Source: Deltaproteobacteria bacterium (GTDB lineage Bacteria; Desulfobacterota; DSM-4660; Desulfatiglandales; HGW-15). From it: DNA of 52,039 nt. Location: contig JAFGDM010000152.1 of assembly GCA_016932115.1 (NCBI GenBank), positions 1-52,039 on the forward strand, given 5' to 3'. The notes beneath the pieces were generated by a model. It worked only from the letters and a program-made list of their open reading frames with translations, was not told where the DNA came from and made no database searches. Positions 34,811-44,238 of this stretch are shown here, piece after piece; position 1 is the first letter of the stretch; each line of letters begins with the position of its first letter. A program made the translations under genes and the position numbers.

Positions 34811-35335
34811 TGTTTTATCTCCTTACGCATTGCGGCCGGGCTGGTATCCTACATCTAGATTTGCACGCTCCGGACTTTATCCGTTTCCAGTCAACACGCC
34901 TGAAGTTCTCCTAAGGTTCCGCACCATGCGTACATCTTCCTTTTCGAGCATGTGGTCCCGTTAGTTTGACTGATACTGCGGCGGAACCAACAGCTATCGT
35001 ACTAAATTGTGGAAACATCAGCTTCAAGTTCCTTTTGCTGATCCCTTTATGCGTTGTGGTAAGTTGTGCAATTATCCTCGCGAGCCTTCAGATTAGAACC
35101 CGATTGAGCACCGTATGTTTTCTTTCATCAGCAATAACTCGCTGGCCCATCCTTCGACCGATTATGAGACTGCTATCAAATTTTCCCCAACGATCAAAAT
35201 CTAGGATGGTCTTAAAATCCTTTCGGCCCTTCATTTTAAAAAAAATCAAAAGGCCATCCCCATCTGTGATAAGGAAATTAAAGCAGTTACATGAAGCAAA
35301 CTATTACACTAAAAGTCCAAAATGGAATTCCTCCA

Positions 35336-36964
35336 TTAGTCTAGAGGAAAATGGCAATTGATTTTGTGCTGGTACTTAGCCGCTTTGTTCTGCCACATTC
35401 CTTTCCTTTTTACTCTTCCATGATCAAGGATAAGCCTGTGGGTAATAATACTCGGTATCTCTTCAGGGAGATGCGTCACATAGATGATTGTAGAGCCGAA
35501 CTCTTTTACGGCTTGGTCCACAATGCTCAATATTGTTTCCCGACTGGAAGCATCAAGACCTTGGCAAGGCTCGTCCAACAATAAAAGCACAGGCCGCTTT
35601 AGAAGAACTCGGGCCAGCATAATCATACGTTGTTCTCCCTCAGAGATGCTATTGAATTCTTCATTCTGGTAATTCCCAACACCGACCGCCTCAATCCATT
35701 CGGACGCAACTTTTTTTTGCTCAAGAGAGCAAGACCGATAAAGTCCTACCGTATCGAAAAATCCCGAACATACTACCTCAAAACAGGACATCCTTTTCGA
35801 AAAAAAATGAATATGTAATTCAGGTGAAAAAAATCCAATCATTTTCTTTATGTCCCATATGCTCTCGCCTGAACCTCTAACTTTTCCGAAAAGAACAATT
35901 TCGTTGGCATATGCCTGTGGATTATCACCGTATATAAGGCTTAGCAAAGTGGATTTACCTGCTCCATTTTCTCCCATAACCAACCAATGCTCTCCTCTTC
36001 GTACTGTCCAGTTTATTTTTCGGAGAACTGGGATGTGCCCATAACAAACACTGACGTTATTAAAACCCACAAAAACCGGGGCTTCGCTATTACAAGAGTG
36101 ACTTAATCCTGCTCCTTTTGGCAGGCAATGATGTAGTGCCACTCTTCGCTCTTCCAGGGTTTTCCGTAGCAGCTTTCCCTGAAGAATTTTCTGCAGCGTG
36201 CCCCGTGATATTATATGATAATTGTGGAGTACCAAAGCATGAGTGACTCCCAGTGGAATTTCCTCAAGCATAGTTGCCGCCACAATGAGTCGCATATGTC
36301 CTTTCATGAGCCTTTCCAGGATTTTTTTTAACCGTTTAGTATGATCTTCGTCAAGACCAGCAAAAGGGCGATCCAGAATGAGAAGCATGGGCTTTCGGAG
36401 AAGTGCTTTCGCGATAAGGAGCATTCTCCTCTCACCATTTGAAAGCTGAATAACCCGCTTGTTCAATAATTCTCGAATTCCGAGCTGCGTGATAATTTCA
36501 TCCCCCTCTTTACAAGTCGTAACAGCATTGCACCGATCCCTTTGAGTATGAAAAATGCTTGTTCGACTGACACATCCTCCAGATAAATAATCCGAAACAA
36601 GGGATGAATCCTCAACAACGAGACTGTTCCATCGAGCTTGATAAAATTTGCTCTCCTGGTTCATAAGCCTTCGATGGCCCTCAAATGAAACAAACTCAAT
36701 TAAACGCTGCGGCAACGTCGTCTTCTTCGTTTCGCACCCCACCGTATCCTGGAAATGGTATACTATTTGACCCTGAAAAGGCAGCCTCCCGCAAATCGCC
36801 TTTATTATAGTCGACTTTCCTGAACCGTTTTTACCGAGAATGGCCCAATGCTGGTCAGTTCGGATTTCCCAGTTTGTCTTTGAAAACATTATTTTTCCGT
36901 GTGACCAAATCGAGAAATCTTTGAGTGAAAGAAAGCTGGCTGATCTTTTAAATTGCTCCTTCAT
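35336..36964 (-). CDS. modF: ModF-like soluble ABC ATPase with two nucleotide-binding domains
   Basis: NBD2 closely resembles E. coli ModF (GENGAGKSTLLSLIYGDNPQAYANEIVLFGKVRGSGESIWDIKK). NBD1 has GKNGSGKST. There is no permease partner. The start is ATG 36964 or TTG 36976. Confidence 0.8.
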   Translation of the reverse strand: MKEQFKRSASFLSLKDFSIWSHGKIMFSKTNWEIRTDQHWAILGKNGSGKSTIIKAICGRLPFQGQIVYHFQDTVGCETKKTTLPQRLIEFVSFEGHRRLMNQESKFYQARWNSLVVEDSSLVSDYLSGGCVSRTSIFHTQRDRCNAVTTCKEGDEIITQLGIRELLNKRVIQLSNGERRMLLIAKALLRKPMLLILDRPFAGLDEDHTKRLKKILERLMKGHMRLIVAATMLEEIPLGVTHALVLHNYHIISRGTLQKILQGKLLRKTLEERRVALHHCLPKGAGLSHSCNSEAPVFVGFNNVSVCYGHIPVLRKINWTVRRGEHWLVMGENGAGKSTLLSLIYGDNPQAYANEIVLFGKVRGSGESIWDIKKMIGFFSPELHIHFFSKRMSCFEVVCSGFFDTVGLYRSCSLEQKKVASEWIEAVGVGNYQNEEFNSISEGEQRMIMLARVLLKRPVLLLLDEPCQGLDASSRETILSIVDQAVKEFGSTIIYVTHLPEEIPSIITHRLILDHGRVKRKGMWQNKAAKYQHKINCHFPLD

Positions 36965-37233
36965 TTCGCGCCCCAAGTGGCGGGGAATTTGACCCTGAGA
37001 GATTAAATGGTAAACCTCATTAGAAATATTCTCTTTATCTCATACTCAGATAATTTTGAGTAAATAATCCAGGCTTTAATATCTCCCCCCATAGGAAGGG
37101 CAAGGTTCTACCCTTGGAGGGACGCGCCTGAGTTGCGTCGCATTGGCCCCCTTAGATTTAACGCTTTAGTTGTTCTATCTGACGCTCCTTTTGCTCCTAT
37201 CATCTGTATTAAACTTGGCAGGCTTGGATTCAA

Positions 37234-37267
37234 AAGGAGAGGCCGATGGAACTCCATCGGTCTCCTT
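37234..37267 (-). terminator. Strong hairpin just downstream of the acyl-CoA dehydrogenase stop (possible terminator)
   Basis: AAGGAGA(GG)CCGATGG-AACT-CCATCGGTCTCCTT forms 14 bp with a 2-nt bulge. Only a short TT follows on the minus strand, so the U-tract is weak. Confidence 0.35.
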
Positions 37268-37290
37268 GTTGAGCGGGCATCGTAGACCCT

Positions 37291-38439
37291 TCACAGGCGG
37301 AGAAGTGTCTTGGCCACAATGGTTTTTTCGATCTCCTTGGTCCCTTCGTAGATCTCTACGATCTTGGCATCGCGGTAAATTCTTTGCACTTTGTACTCGT
37401 CGATGTAGCCATACCCGCCGTGCATCTGAACGGCCTCATCCGCGCATTTCACGGCCATCTGACCCGAGTACCATTTTGCCATGGCCGTGAGGGCATGATC
37501 CATCGAGCCTTGGTCCGTCAGCCATGCTGCTTCGTAATAAAGATTCCGCGCCGCCCGGATCATGGTGGCCATCTCCGCGATCTTGAACTGAAGCCCCTGG
37601 AAAGAAGCCAGAGGAGTCCCGAACTGGTGCCTCTTCTTGATGTGGTTGATACTCTCTTCCAGGGCCGCCCTCGCAATCCCCACAGCCATGGCGCAAATGT
37701 GAAGTCTGGTCAGGTTGAAAAAAGCCATCAATTCTTTAAAGCCGTTCCCTTGCCGACCGATCAAGTTCGAGGCAGGAATTCTCACATCTGAAAAAGAGAC
37801 CTCGGCCGTATCGTTGGCCCTAATACCCAGCTTCCCGTGGAGCTTGTTCGCCTGATATCCCTTTCTGTCCGTTTCCACAAGAAAGAAGCTATGCCGTTGG
37901 TGCCTGCTGGGATTATCCGGATCGGTCAGGCAGAAGACATTCAAATAATTGGCGATTGTGCCGTTGGTAATGAACATCTTGGAGCCGTTGATGATCCACT
38001 CATCGCCGTTTCGAACGGCGCTTGTTATGGCGCCCGTGACGTCGGAACCTGCATCCGGCTCGGTGATGGCGGTACCGATAACGGCATCTCCGCTCACCAA
38101 AGGAGGCAGGTATTTCCTCTTTTGTTCTTCTGTGCCGAAAAGCTGTAGAAGTTCCGCCCCGAAACTGCTTGTGATGATGGCATTGCCCATGCCTGCATCG
38201 ACGGCCCAAAATTCTTCCGTTATCAGGCAATGCTCCAGGAATCCCAGACCCGCGCCGCCGTATTCTTCTTTGATGAAGACCCCCACGAACCCGAGATCAC
38301 AGGCTTTCTTCCTGATTGCCGGATCAAAGGTCTCGTTTCGATCAAACTCCTGAGCTTTTTCCGGAAGGAATTCACCAAGAGCAAATTCTCTCGCCGCCTT
38401 CTGGATATCTCTTTGTTCTTTTGAGAGCGTGAAATCCAT
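37291..38439 (-). CDS. Acyl-CoA dehydrogenase (short/branched-chain type)
   Basis: MDFTLSKEQRDIQKAAREFA, AITEPDAGSD, and the catalytic Glu context IYEGTKEI. ATG 38439 is preceded by GGGAGGGAAGGG. Confidence 0.9.
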   Translation of the reverse strand: MDFTLSKEQRDIQKAAREFALGEFLPEKAQEFDRNETFDPAIRKKACDLGFVGVFIKEEYGGAGLGFLEHCLITEEFWAVDAGMGNAIITSSFGAELLQLFGTEEQKRKYLPPLVSGDAVIGTAITEPDAGSDVTGAITSAVRNGDEWIINGSKMFITNGTIANYLNVFCLTDPDNPSRHQRHSFFLVETDRKGYQANKLHGKLGIRANDTAEVSFSDVRIPASNLIGRQGNGFKELMAFFNLTRLHICAMAVGIARAALEESINHIKKRHQFGTPLASFQGLQFKIAEMATMIRAARNLYYEAAWLTDQGSMDHALTAMAKWYSGQMAVKCADEAVQMHGGYGYIDEYKVQRIYRDAKIVEIYEGTKEIEKTIVAKTLLRL

Positions 38440-38575
38440 CCCTTCCCTCCCGAGCAATCACTTCAGTTGTTACACAAAAGATCAGGATTCCTACCCCCCT
38501 TTGAATTGGGGGCTCGAAATTCAGTCGCGGCACAGCTTCCAAAAAAAGAGGGATCCTGCGTTTAATGGAAAATCC

Positions 38576-39541
38576 TTATGCCAGTTTCGCTTTGAGCGCT
38601 TCTGCGACCTTGAATAAATCATCCACCACCCCAAAGTCGGCCACCCTGAAAATCGGCGCCTTCTTGTCTTTGTTTACAGCAATAACACATCCCGCGCCGC
38701 TGATGCCGGCCACGTGCTGAAAGGCACCGCTGATTCCGAAGGCTAAATAAACCTTGGGTTTCACCGACTTCCCTGAAGTGCCCACCTGGTGATACTTGGG
38801 CAGCCAGTTTTTGTCCACCACAGGCCTCGAGCATGAAAGAACGCCACCCATAAGATTGGCCAGTTCCTGCATGGCGGGGACCTTGTCGGCTTCTCCAACC
38901 CCTCGGCCGATGGAAACAAGAAGGTCCGCCTGGGTTATGTCAATCGCCCCTGCTCCCGCATCCTCAAAAGCCACGAACTCGCGCCGGGCTGTCGGCAGAT
39001 CCGGTGGTATATCCTTCTTGATTACTTCACCTTTGTGTTCGCCCGCCTTGTCTATGGAAAAGGCGCCGCTTCTCACGGTGATCAGATACCCTTCGGAATC
39101 CTTAAAGGCGACCCTGGAAAAGATTTTCCCTGCATAGATCTGGCGAACCACTTTGGGACGGCCGTTCTCAAAGATAACATCCACACAATCCGTGGCCAGA
39201 GGATACCCTGTCTTAATGGAAATGGAAGGTGCATAGTCCATTCCCCATGGTGTGTGCCCGATCAGGGTGAGAATAGGCTTGTGCTCCTGGATCAGCCTGA
39301 CGAGCAATTCCTTGTAAAGATCCCCGTTGAAATTCTTGATTCGCTCGTCTTCAAAAAGGATTACTCTATCCGCCCGGTCATTAATCTCGCTGATAAAGTT
39401 CTCCTTCTCGCCGCATAGGACCACCGCCGTCAATGTGTGTGATCCTTTCCGACAGAGTTCGTCGGCTTTCCATAGAAGCTGATAGGTAATTTCTCTGATC
39501 TCCCCGTTCCTGTGTTCAACAACCACAAAGATCTCACTCAT
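38576..39541 (-). CDS. etfA: Electron transfer flavoprotein alpha subunit (copy 2)
   Basis: 321 aa; GRGVG...SRPVVDKNWLPKYHQVGTSGKSVKPKVYLAFGISGAFQHVAG. Confidence 0.9.
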   Translation of the reverse strand: MSEIFVVVEHRNGEIREITYQLLWKADELCRKGSHTLTAVVLCGEKENFISEINDRADRVILFEDERIKNFNGDLYKELLVRLIQEHKPILTLIGHTPWGMDYAPSISIKTGYPLATDCVDVIFENGRPKVVRQIYAGKIFSRVAFKDSEGYLITVRSGAFSIDKAGEHKGEVIKKDIPPDLPTARREFVAFEDAGAGAIDITQADLLVSIGRGVGEADKVPAMQELANLMGGVLSCSRPVVDKNWLPKYHQVGTSGKSVKPKVYLAFGISGAFQHVAGISGAGCVIAVNKDKKAPIFRVADFGVVDDLFKVAEALKAKLA

Positions 39542-40321
39542 CTATTTTTTCACCCCCTTTTCCTTCAAAATCCGGAGTATCTCTTCTGCGACCGTGGCCG
39601 GATCGCCCTCAAGGAACTGCGCTCCTTCCGTCTCGGGGGGAAGGAACAGCTCCTCTACTGTTGTCATCGGGGAAAGGTCGTTCCGGGAAAGACTCAGATC
39701 CTCAATTTTGACCACATTGAGTTCTTTTTTCGCCGCTTTTCGAATACCCATGATGGAAACATATCTTGGCTCGTTAATGCCTGTCTGGATGCAAAGCAGG
39801 GCCGGAAGTTTGATCCTGGACACCTCTTCCACCCCCCCCTCAAGCTCGACCCGAACGGTTGCTTCTTCCCCCTCAGCCGTTACGCCCGTCACGACGGCCG
39901 CATGTGCGAGGTCCAATAATTCCGCCAACATGGTCCCCACTGATCCTTCGTTCAGGTCATCCGCCTGGACACCCGTCAACACTACGTCATGGGGCATACC
40001 GCGAATCACCTGGGCCAATATTTTGGCAATTCCGAAGCTATCCGGGAGAAGGTTTCCCGGATCGACTCGAATTGCCTTGTCGGCCCCCATGGCCAAGCTT
40101 CTCCTCAAAACCTCTTCGTCCTCCTCAGTGCCGACAGTGACGGCAACGACATTGCCCCCATGCTTTTCCTTAAGGACAATCGCCTCTTCAACGGCATAGT
40201 TGTCCCACTCATTGATGGAGTAGGCCAGCATGTCCCTCCGGATATCGGTCTTCTGGGGATTGATCTCCAGGTCGACTTCCTGTGTAAGCGGAACCCTCTT
40301 GACACAAACGATTATCTCCAT
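39542..40321 (-). CDS. etfB: Electron transfer flavoprotein beta subunit (copy 2)
   Basis: 259 aa with an MEIIVCVKRVP N-terminus. It directly abuts etfA. Confidence 0.9.
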   Translation of the reverse strand: MEIIVCVKRVPLTQEVDLEINPQKTDIRRDMLAYSINEWDNYAVEEAIVLKEKHGGNVVAVTVGTEEDEEVLRRSLAMGADKAIRVDPGNLLPDSFGIAKILAQVIRGMPHDVVLTGVQADDLNEGSVGTMLAELLDLAHAAVVTGVTAEGEEATVRVELEGGVEEVSRIKLPALLCIQTGINEPRYVSIMGIRKAAKKELNVVKIEDLSLSRNDLSPMTTVEELFLPPETEGAQFLEGDPATVAEEILRILKEKGVKK

Positions 40322-40400
40322 GCTCCAATCCTCCTAACCCTTTGATGCGTCCCAACTTGTCGCTGATAACCTATCGATTTTCGAGTTTCTTCATCCATTA

Positions 40401-40422
40401 AATGAATGAACTCTCATTCATT
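40401..40422. promoter_or_regulatory. Perfect palindrome AATGAATGA-ACTC-TCATTCATT (candidate repressor operator of the etfBA-acd operon)
   Basis: Two 9-bp perfectly complementary arms. It sits immediately downstream of a sigma-70-like -10 element on the minus strand. Confidence 0.45.
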
Positions 40423-40429
40423 CGCTGAG

Positions 40430-40458
40430 ACGTTACCACATGAGGAAAATCAAGTCAA
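40430..40458 (-). promoter_or_regulatory. Sigma-70-like promoter for etfB-etfA-acd
   Basis: The minus strand reads TTGACT-N17-TAACGT, about 110 nt upstream of the etfB start. Confidence 0.4.
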
Positions 40459-40584
40459 ATTTTTTTGACCAATTTTGAACGCATGAAGACGCGAAAGGGA
40501 GGAAACTGTGATGCCGGGTCTTTGGTGGTAGGTCCCGGAAACTTGGTTGTGGAAAACCAATATTCGGGAATATGAGACGGTGCA

Positions 40585-41988
40585 CTAACTTTTGGAGCGA
40601 AGGCCTTCCCTCGCAGATTGGATTTTGTTTTTCAGCAACCGGTCCGATCCCGCCAATTCCTCCGCTTTCTGAAAATGAAATCTTGCCTTGTCCACCACTC
40701 CGGATTTCATGTAATAGACGCCGAAATTGTAATGGGCCTGAGCAAGTTTACCGTCTCGGCCATAGGACATTCCCAGGTGGTAGTAAACCTCGTCTTTGAC
40801 GGGTGTCAATGAGGCCAATCTCTCAAAGAACACAATCGACTTGCGGTAATCTTCCAGGGACCTGTAGGATAAGGCAAGGAGAAAAAGGGCCGTCCTGTCT
40901 TTGTCGTCGATGCCGAGGGCCTTCTCAAGAACCTCCACGGCCCTTTCATTCCTGCCCTCTATCTGATAGGCTTCCGCCAGAGCGGTCAGAACGGGCAACA
41001 TTCGGGGTTCCAATAAAAGAGCTTTTTCCAGGTGCTCCTTCATATCGCCGTATCGCAATTGCTCCTTTCTGAGGAGCCCCATTCCAAAATGGGCCGGCGC
41101 CGAGAGCGGGTTTTTTTCAAGCTCCCTCTGAAAAACCCTCTCCCCATAGCCGGCATCGTCCGACTTGGCGATAACTGCGGCCTTCATATAAGGAAAGAGC
41201 CTGCGGAACCTCGCATTCTCTTCGTTCTCCGGTCCTGCCGTATAATCTTTTAACCTGATCTCCATAGCGGATACCCTCTCAGGTCCGCTGGGATGAGTCA
41301 AAAGATAAGGGGGAACGGCGTTAGCGTCAATCCACATCGCCTGTTCAAGTTTTTTCAAGACAACCGCCATCGCTCCCGGGTCAAACCCGGCCTTGTCCAT
41401 GTATTTAAAGCCAAGCTGGTCCGCCTGTCTTTCATCATCACGACTGTAGCTGAGTTGCTGCTGGATGCCTGCCGCCACGGAGCCAGTTACCAAGGCGCCC
41501 GCGGCCTTTCCACCGATAAGCATGCCTGCCAGTAGGCCCGCGATCGTAGCCAGTGTGACTATCTTGTTTTGCTCAATCCTTTCCGAGATATGTCGGGCCG
41601 AGACATGCGCGATTTCATGGGCCATAACAGCCGCCATTTCATCGACGCTGTCCATCGCGCAAATGAGGCCGGTAAAAAAGAAAACATGCCCGCCGGGCCC
41701 GGCAAAAGCATTGAGATCATTCTTGTGAGCAATGTAAAACTGAAAGGGGAAAGGCTTGGTCTCCAAAAAGGTTGTCAGGTACTGGCCAAGGTCATTGATA
41801 TAAGCTACACAGAAATCGTCGTCAAACATATCAAGTTGCTTTCGCACAGTCTCCCTAAAGGTCTCACCCGCAATTCTTTCCTCTTCGATGGACAGAGCGT
41901 ACCCTTCCACATGAAGCTGAAGGGTCAAGGCAAAACACACAAGAAAAGCTAAAAAAATTCTCTTGGCTTTTTTAAGACTTCTCGGCAT
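40585..41988 (-). CDS. M48 family zinc metalloprotease with C-terminal TPR repeats (BepA/YfgC-like)
   Basis: Signal/anchor peptide, the HEIAHV zinc motif, and a TPR-like C-terminal half. Confidence 0.85.
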   Translation of the reverse strand: MPRSLKKAKRIFLAFLVCFALTLQLHVEGYALSIEEERIAGETFRETVRKQLDMFDDDFCVAYINDLGQYLTTFLETKPFPFQFYIAHKNDLNAFAGPGGHVFFFTGLICAMDSVDEMAAVMAHEIAHVSARHISERIEQNKIVTLATIAGLLAGMLIGGKAAGALVTGSVAAGIQQQLSYSRDDERQADQLGFKYMDKAGFDPGAMAVVLKKLEQAMWIDANAVPPYLLTHPSGPERVSAMEIRLKDYTAGPENEENARFRRLFPYMKAAVIAKSDDAGYGERVFQRELEKNPLSAPAHFGMGLLRKEQLRYGDMKEHLEKALLLEPRMLPVLTALAEAYQIEGRNERAVEVLEKALGIDDKDRTALFLLALSYRSLEDYRKSIVFFERLASLTPVKDEVYYHLGMSYGRDGKLAQAHYNFGVYYMKSGVVDKARFHFQKAEELAGSDRLLKNKIQSAREGLRSKS

Positions 41989-42325
41989 TGATCTCCACCC
42001 TCGGCGCCTCTGCCCATAAACCCTCTAGATCGTAGAACTCGCGCACGGGCTGATAGAAAATATGAATCACCACATCTCCATAATCCATCAGGACCCAATG
42101 CCCTTCGTGCTCACCTTCTATGCCGTTAGGTCGAACACCGCACTCCCGCATTTTTCGGGCCACATGCCGGCTGATGGCTTGGACTTGTCTACTCGAGTTC
42201 CCGCCGGTAACGATAAAATAGTCGGTTATGGAAGTCATTTTCTCCACATCAAGCAAGACGGGATCAATTGCCTTCCTCTCATCAATAATCTTCATGCAAA
42301 GGAGCGCTTTGTCAAGAGATTCCAT
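41972..42325 (-). CDS. rsfS: Ribosome silencing factor RsfS
   Basis: DYFIVTGGNSSRQVQAI and YGDVVIHIF motifs. The preferred start is ATG 42325 (117 aa). Conserved position after nadD. Confidence 0.85.
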   Translation of the reverse strand: MESLDKALLCMKIIDERKAIDPVLLDVEKMTSITDYFIVTGGNSSRQVQAISRHVARKMRECGVRPNGIEGEHEGHWVLMDYGDVVIHIFYQPVREFYDLEGLWAEAPRVEINAEKS

Positions 42326-42965
42326 AAGTTTTATACAACCCGTATTGAAGTATGTAGCACCTGACGCTATCAGGAACAAGGTAACGGATGCTTTTCCCGG
42401 CAGCCACTTTTTCTCTGATTCCTGTGGAGGATATATCCATGAGTGTCGCTTCGAGATAAATCAGCTCGTAGCCCGAGGGTCCGACGAATCGGCCCTCATC
42501 CTCCTTCCGGAAAGGCAACCCGAGAGAACGTAGCCGCTCTATCATGTCCTCCGCAGGGATACCCGGTCTTCGGACCACCACGAAATGGGCATAATTGAAC
42601 AATTCCCGATAGTTCTTCCACGTTTCGATTTCCTGGAATGCATCCGTGCCGATGACGAAAAAGAGCTCCGGTCGGGGAGGGTAAAGGCGGTGGAATTCCT
42701 TGAGTGTATTAATGGAATAAGAAAAACCTTGCCGTCTTGCCTCCAGGTCGAAAGCAATGAGATAGGGCGATCCTTCAACCGCCGCTTCGGTCATTTTAAA
42801 ACGATGATGAAAGGGAGTGACGATTTTTCCGTCTTTATGGGGCGGAGACGAGGCAGGCAGTAGATAGACCTTATCAAGGCTGAACCCTTCTCTTACTTCC
42901 TCGGCAAGCCGCAGATGCCCCAGGTGAATGGGATCAAAGGTTCCTCCAAGGATGCCTAGCCGCAA
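42312..42965 (-). CDS. nadD: Nicotinate-nucleotide adenylyltransferase
   Basis: MRLGILGGTFDPIHLGHL and ISSTGIR motifs. Confidence 0.9.
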   Translation of the reverse strand: MRLGILGGTFDPIHLGHLRLAEEVREGFSLDKVYLLPASSPPHKDGKIVTPFHHRFKMTEAAVEGSPYLIAFDLEARRQGFSYSINTLKEFHRLYPPRPELFFVIGTDAFQEIETWKNYRELFNYAHFVVVRRPGIPAEDMIERLRSLGLPFRKEDEGRFVGPSGYELIYLEATLMDISSTGIREKVAAGKSIRYLVPDSVRCYILQYGLYKTYGIS

Positions 42966-42981
42966 CCCCCCGCCTCCCTTT

Positions 42982-44238
42982 TCACGGTCTCGTGTGTCCT
43001 TCGCCGTATACGATGAATTTTTGCGTGGTCAGCTCCTCCAATCCCATGGGGCCGAAAGCATGAAGTTTAGATGTGTTGATGCCGATTTCCGCTCCCAGGC
43101 CCAACTGGTTGCCGTCGTTAAATCGCGTGGAGGCATTGACAAGCACGACAGAGGAGTCAACTTCATGCAGAAAACGCTGAGCCCGCTCATAATCCCGCGT
43201 CACAATCGCCTCCGTATGCTTCGAGCCGTATCGTTCGATGTGATCCAGCGCCTCATCCATGTGTGAAACGATCTTGACGGCCAAAATGAGGTCAAGGAAC
43301 TCGGCCGGCCAGTCTTCCTCTATTGCGGGGCGCGCATCCCGGATAAAAGCTAAAGTCTTCGTGCACGCACGAATTTCGACCCCGGATTCTCTGAACCGTT
43401 GGATCATGGGCGGAAGGAAATCCGGCGCGATACTTTCGTGGACGAGCATGGTCTCCATGGCATTACAGACCCCCGGCCTCTGCACTTTGGCGTTGTAGCA
43501 GATCTCCGTCGCCACTTCCTTGTCCGCAAACTCATCCACATAAACGTGACAGACCCCCTTATAGTGCTTCAGGACCGGTATTCTCGATTGCTCCGTCACG
43601 AACCGGATCAAGCTCTCACCTCCTCTGGGGATGATGACATCCACGTCGTCTTCGAGATGAAGCAGGGCTTGCACAGCTTGCCTGTCCGTCGTGGGAATGA
43701 CCTGAATCGCTTCGTGGGGCAGGCCCGTCTCTTCAAGGGCTTCATCGAGAAACCGACCGAGAATGATATTTGAATGGATCGCCTCGGCTCCGCCTTTCAG
43801 GATTACGGCATTCCCGGACTTGAGGCAGAGTGCGGCTGCGTCCACTGTCACGTTGGGCCTTGATTCGTAGATAAAGCCGATGACTCCCAGGGGAATCCGT
43901 ATGCGGCCCACCCGGAGGCCGTTAGGTCTTTTCCACATACCCGTCACCCGGCCTACAGGATCAGGCAGGGACACCACTTCCTGAAGACCATCGACCATAG
44001 ACCGGATGGTGTTGGAATCCAGAATCAACCGATCCATCATGGCCGAGCTCAGGCCTAGATCCCTTGCTTTTAAAAGATCTTTTTCATTTTCCTTTTTAAT
44101 GAGATCCTCTTTTTCGAGAAGCAGTGCGCTCATCCGGAGAAGGGCCTGATCTTTTTCCCTTCTCCCCAGATTTCGCATAAAGCGGGATGCGTGCCTGGCG
44201 CCTTCGGCCATTTTCTTAAGCATTTCTTCTACCGACAT
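42982..44238 (-). CDS. proA: Glutamate-5-semialdehyde dehydrogenase
   Basis: 418 aa with family-typical blocks ([25 protein letters not shown]). Overlaps proB. Confidence 0.95.
   Translation of the reverse strand: MSVEEMLKKMAEGARHASRFMRNLGRREKDQALLRMSALLLEKEDLIKKENEKDLLKARDLGLSSAMMDRLILDSNTIRSMVDGLQEVVSLPDPVGRVTGMWKRPNGLRVGRIRIPLGVIGFIYESRPNVTVDAAALCLKSGNAVILKGGAEAIHSNIILGRFLDEALEETGLPHEAIQVIPTTDRQAVQALLHLEDDVDVIIPRGGESLIRFVTEQSRIPVLKHYKGVCHVYVDEFADKEVATEICYNAKVQRPGVCNAMETMLVHESIAPDFLPPMIQRFRESGVEIRACTKTLAFIRDARPAIEEDWPAEFLDLILAVKIVSHMDEALDHIERYGSKHTEAIVTRDYERAQRFLHEVDSSVVLVNASTRFNDGNQLGLGAEIGINTSKLHAFGPMGLEELTTQKFIVYGEGHTRP

Noticed and set aside
34966-35361. A 131-aa + strand ORF in the large spacer.
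   Set aside because: It has a TTG start, no SD and a low-complexity product. It runs into the 3' end of modF on the opposite strand.
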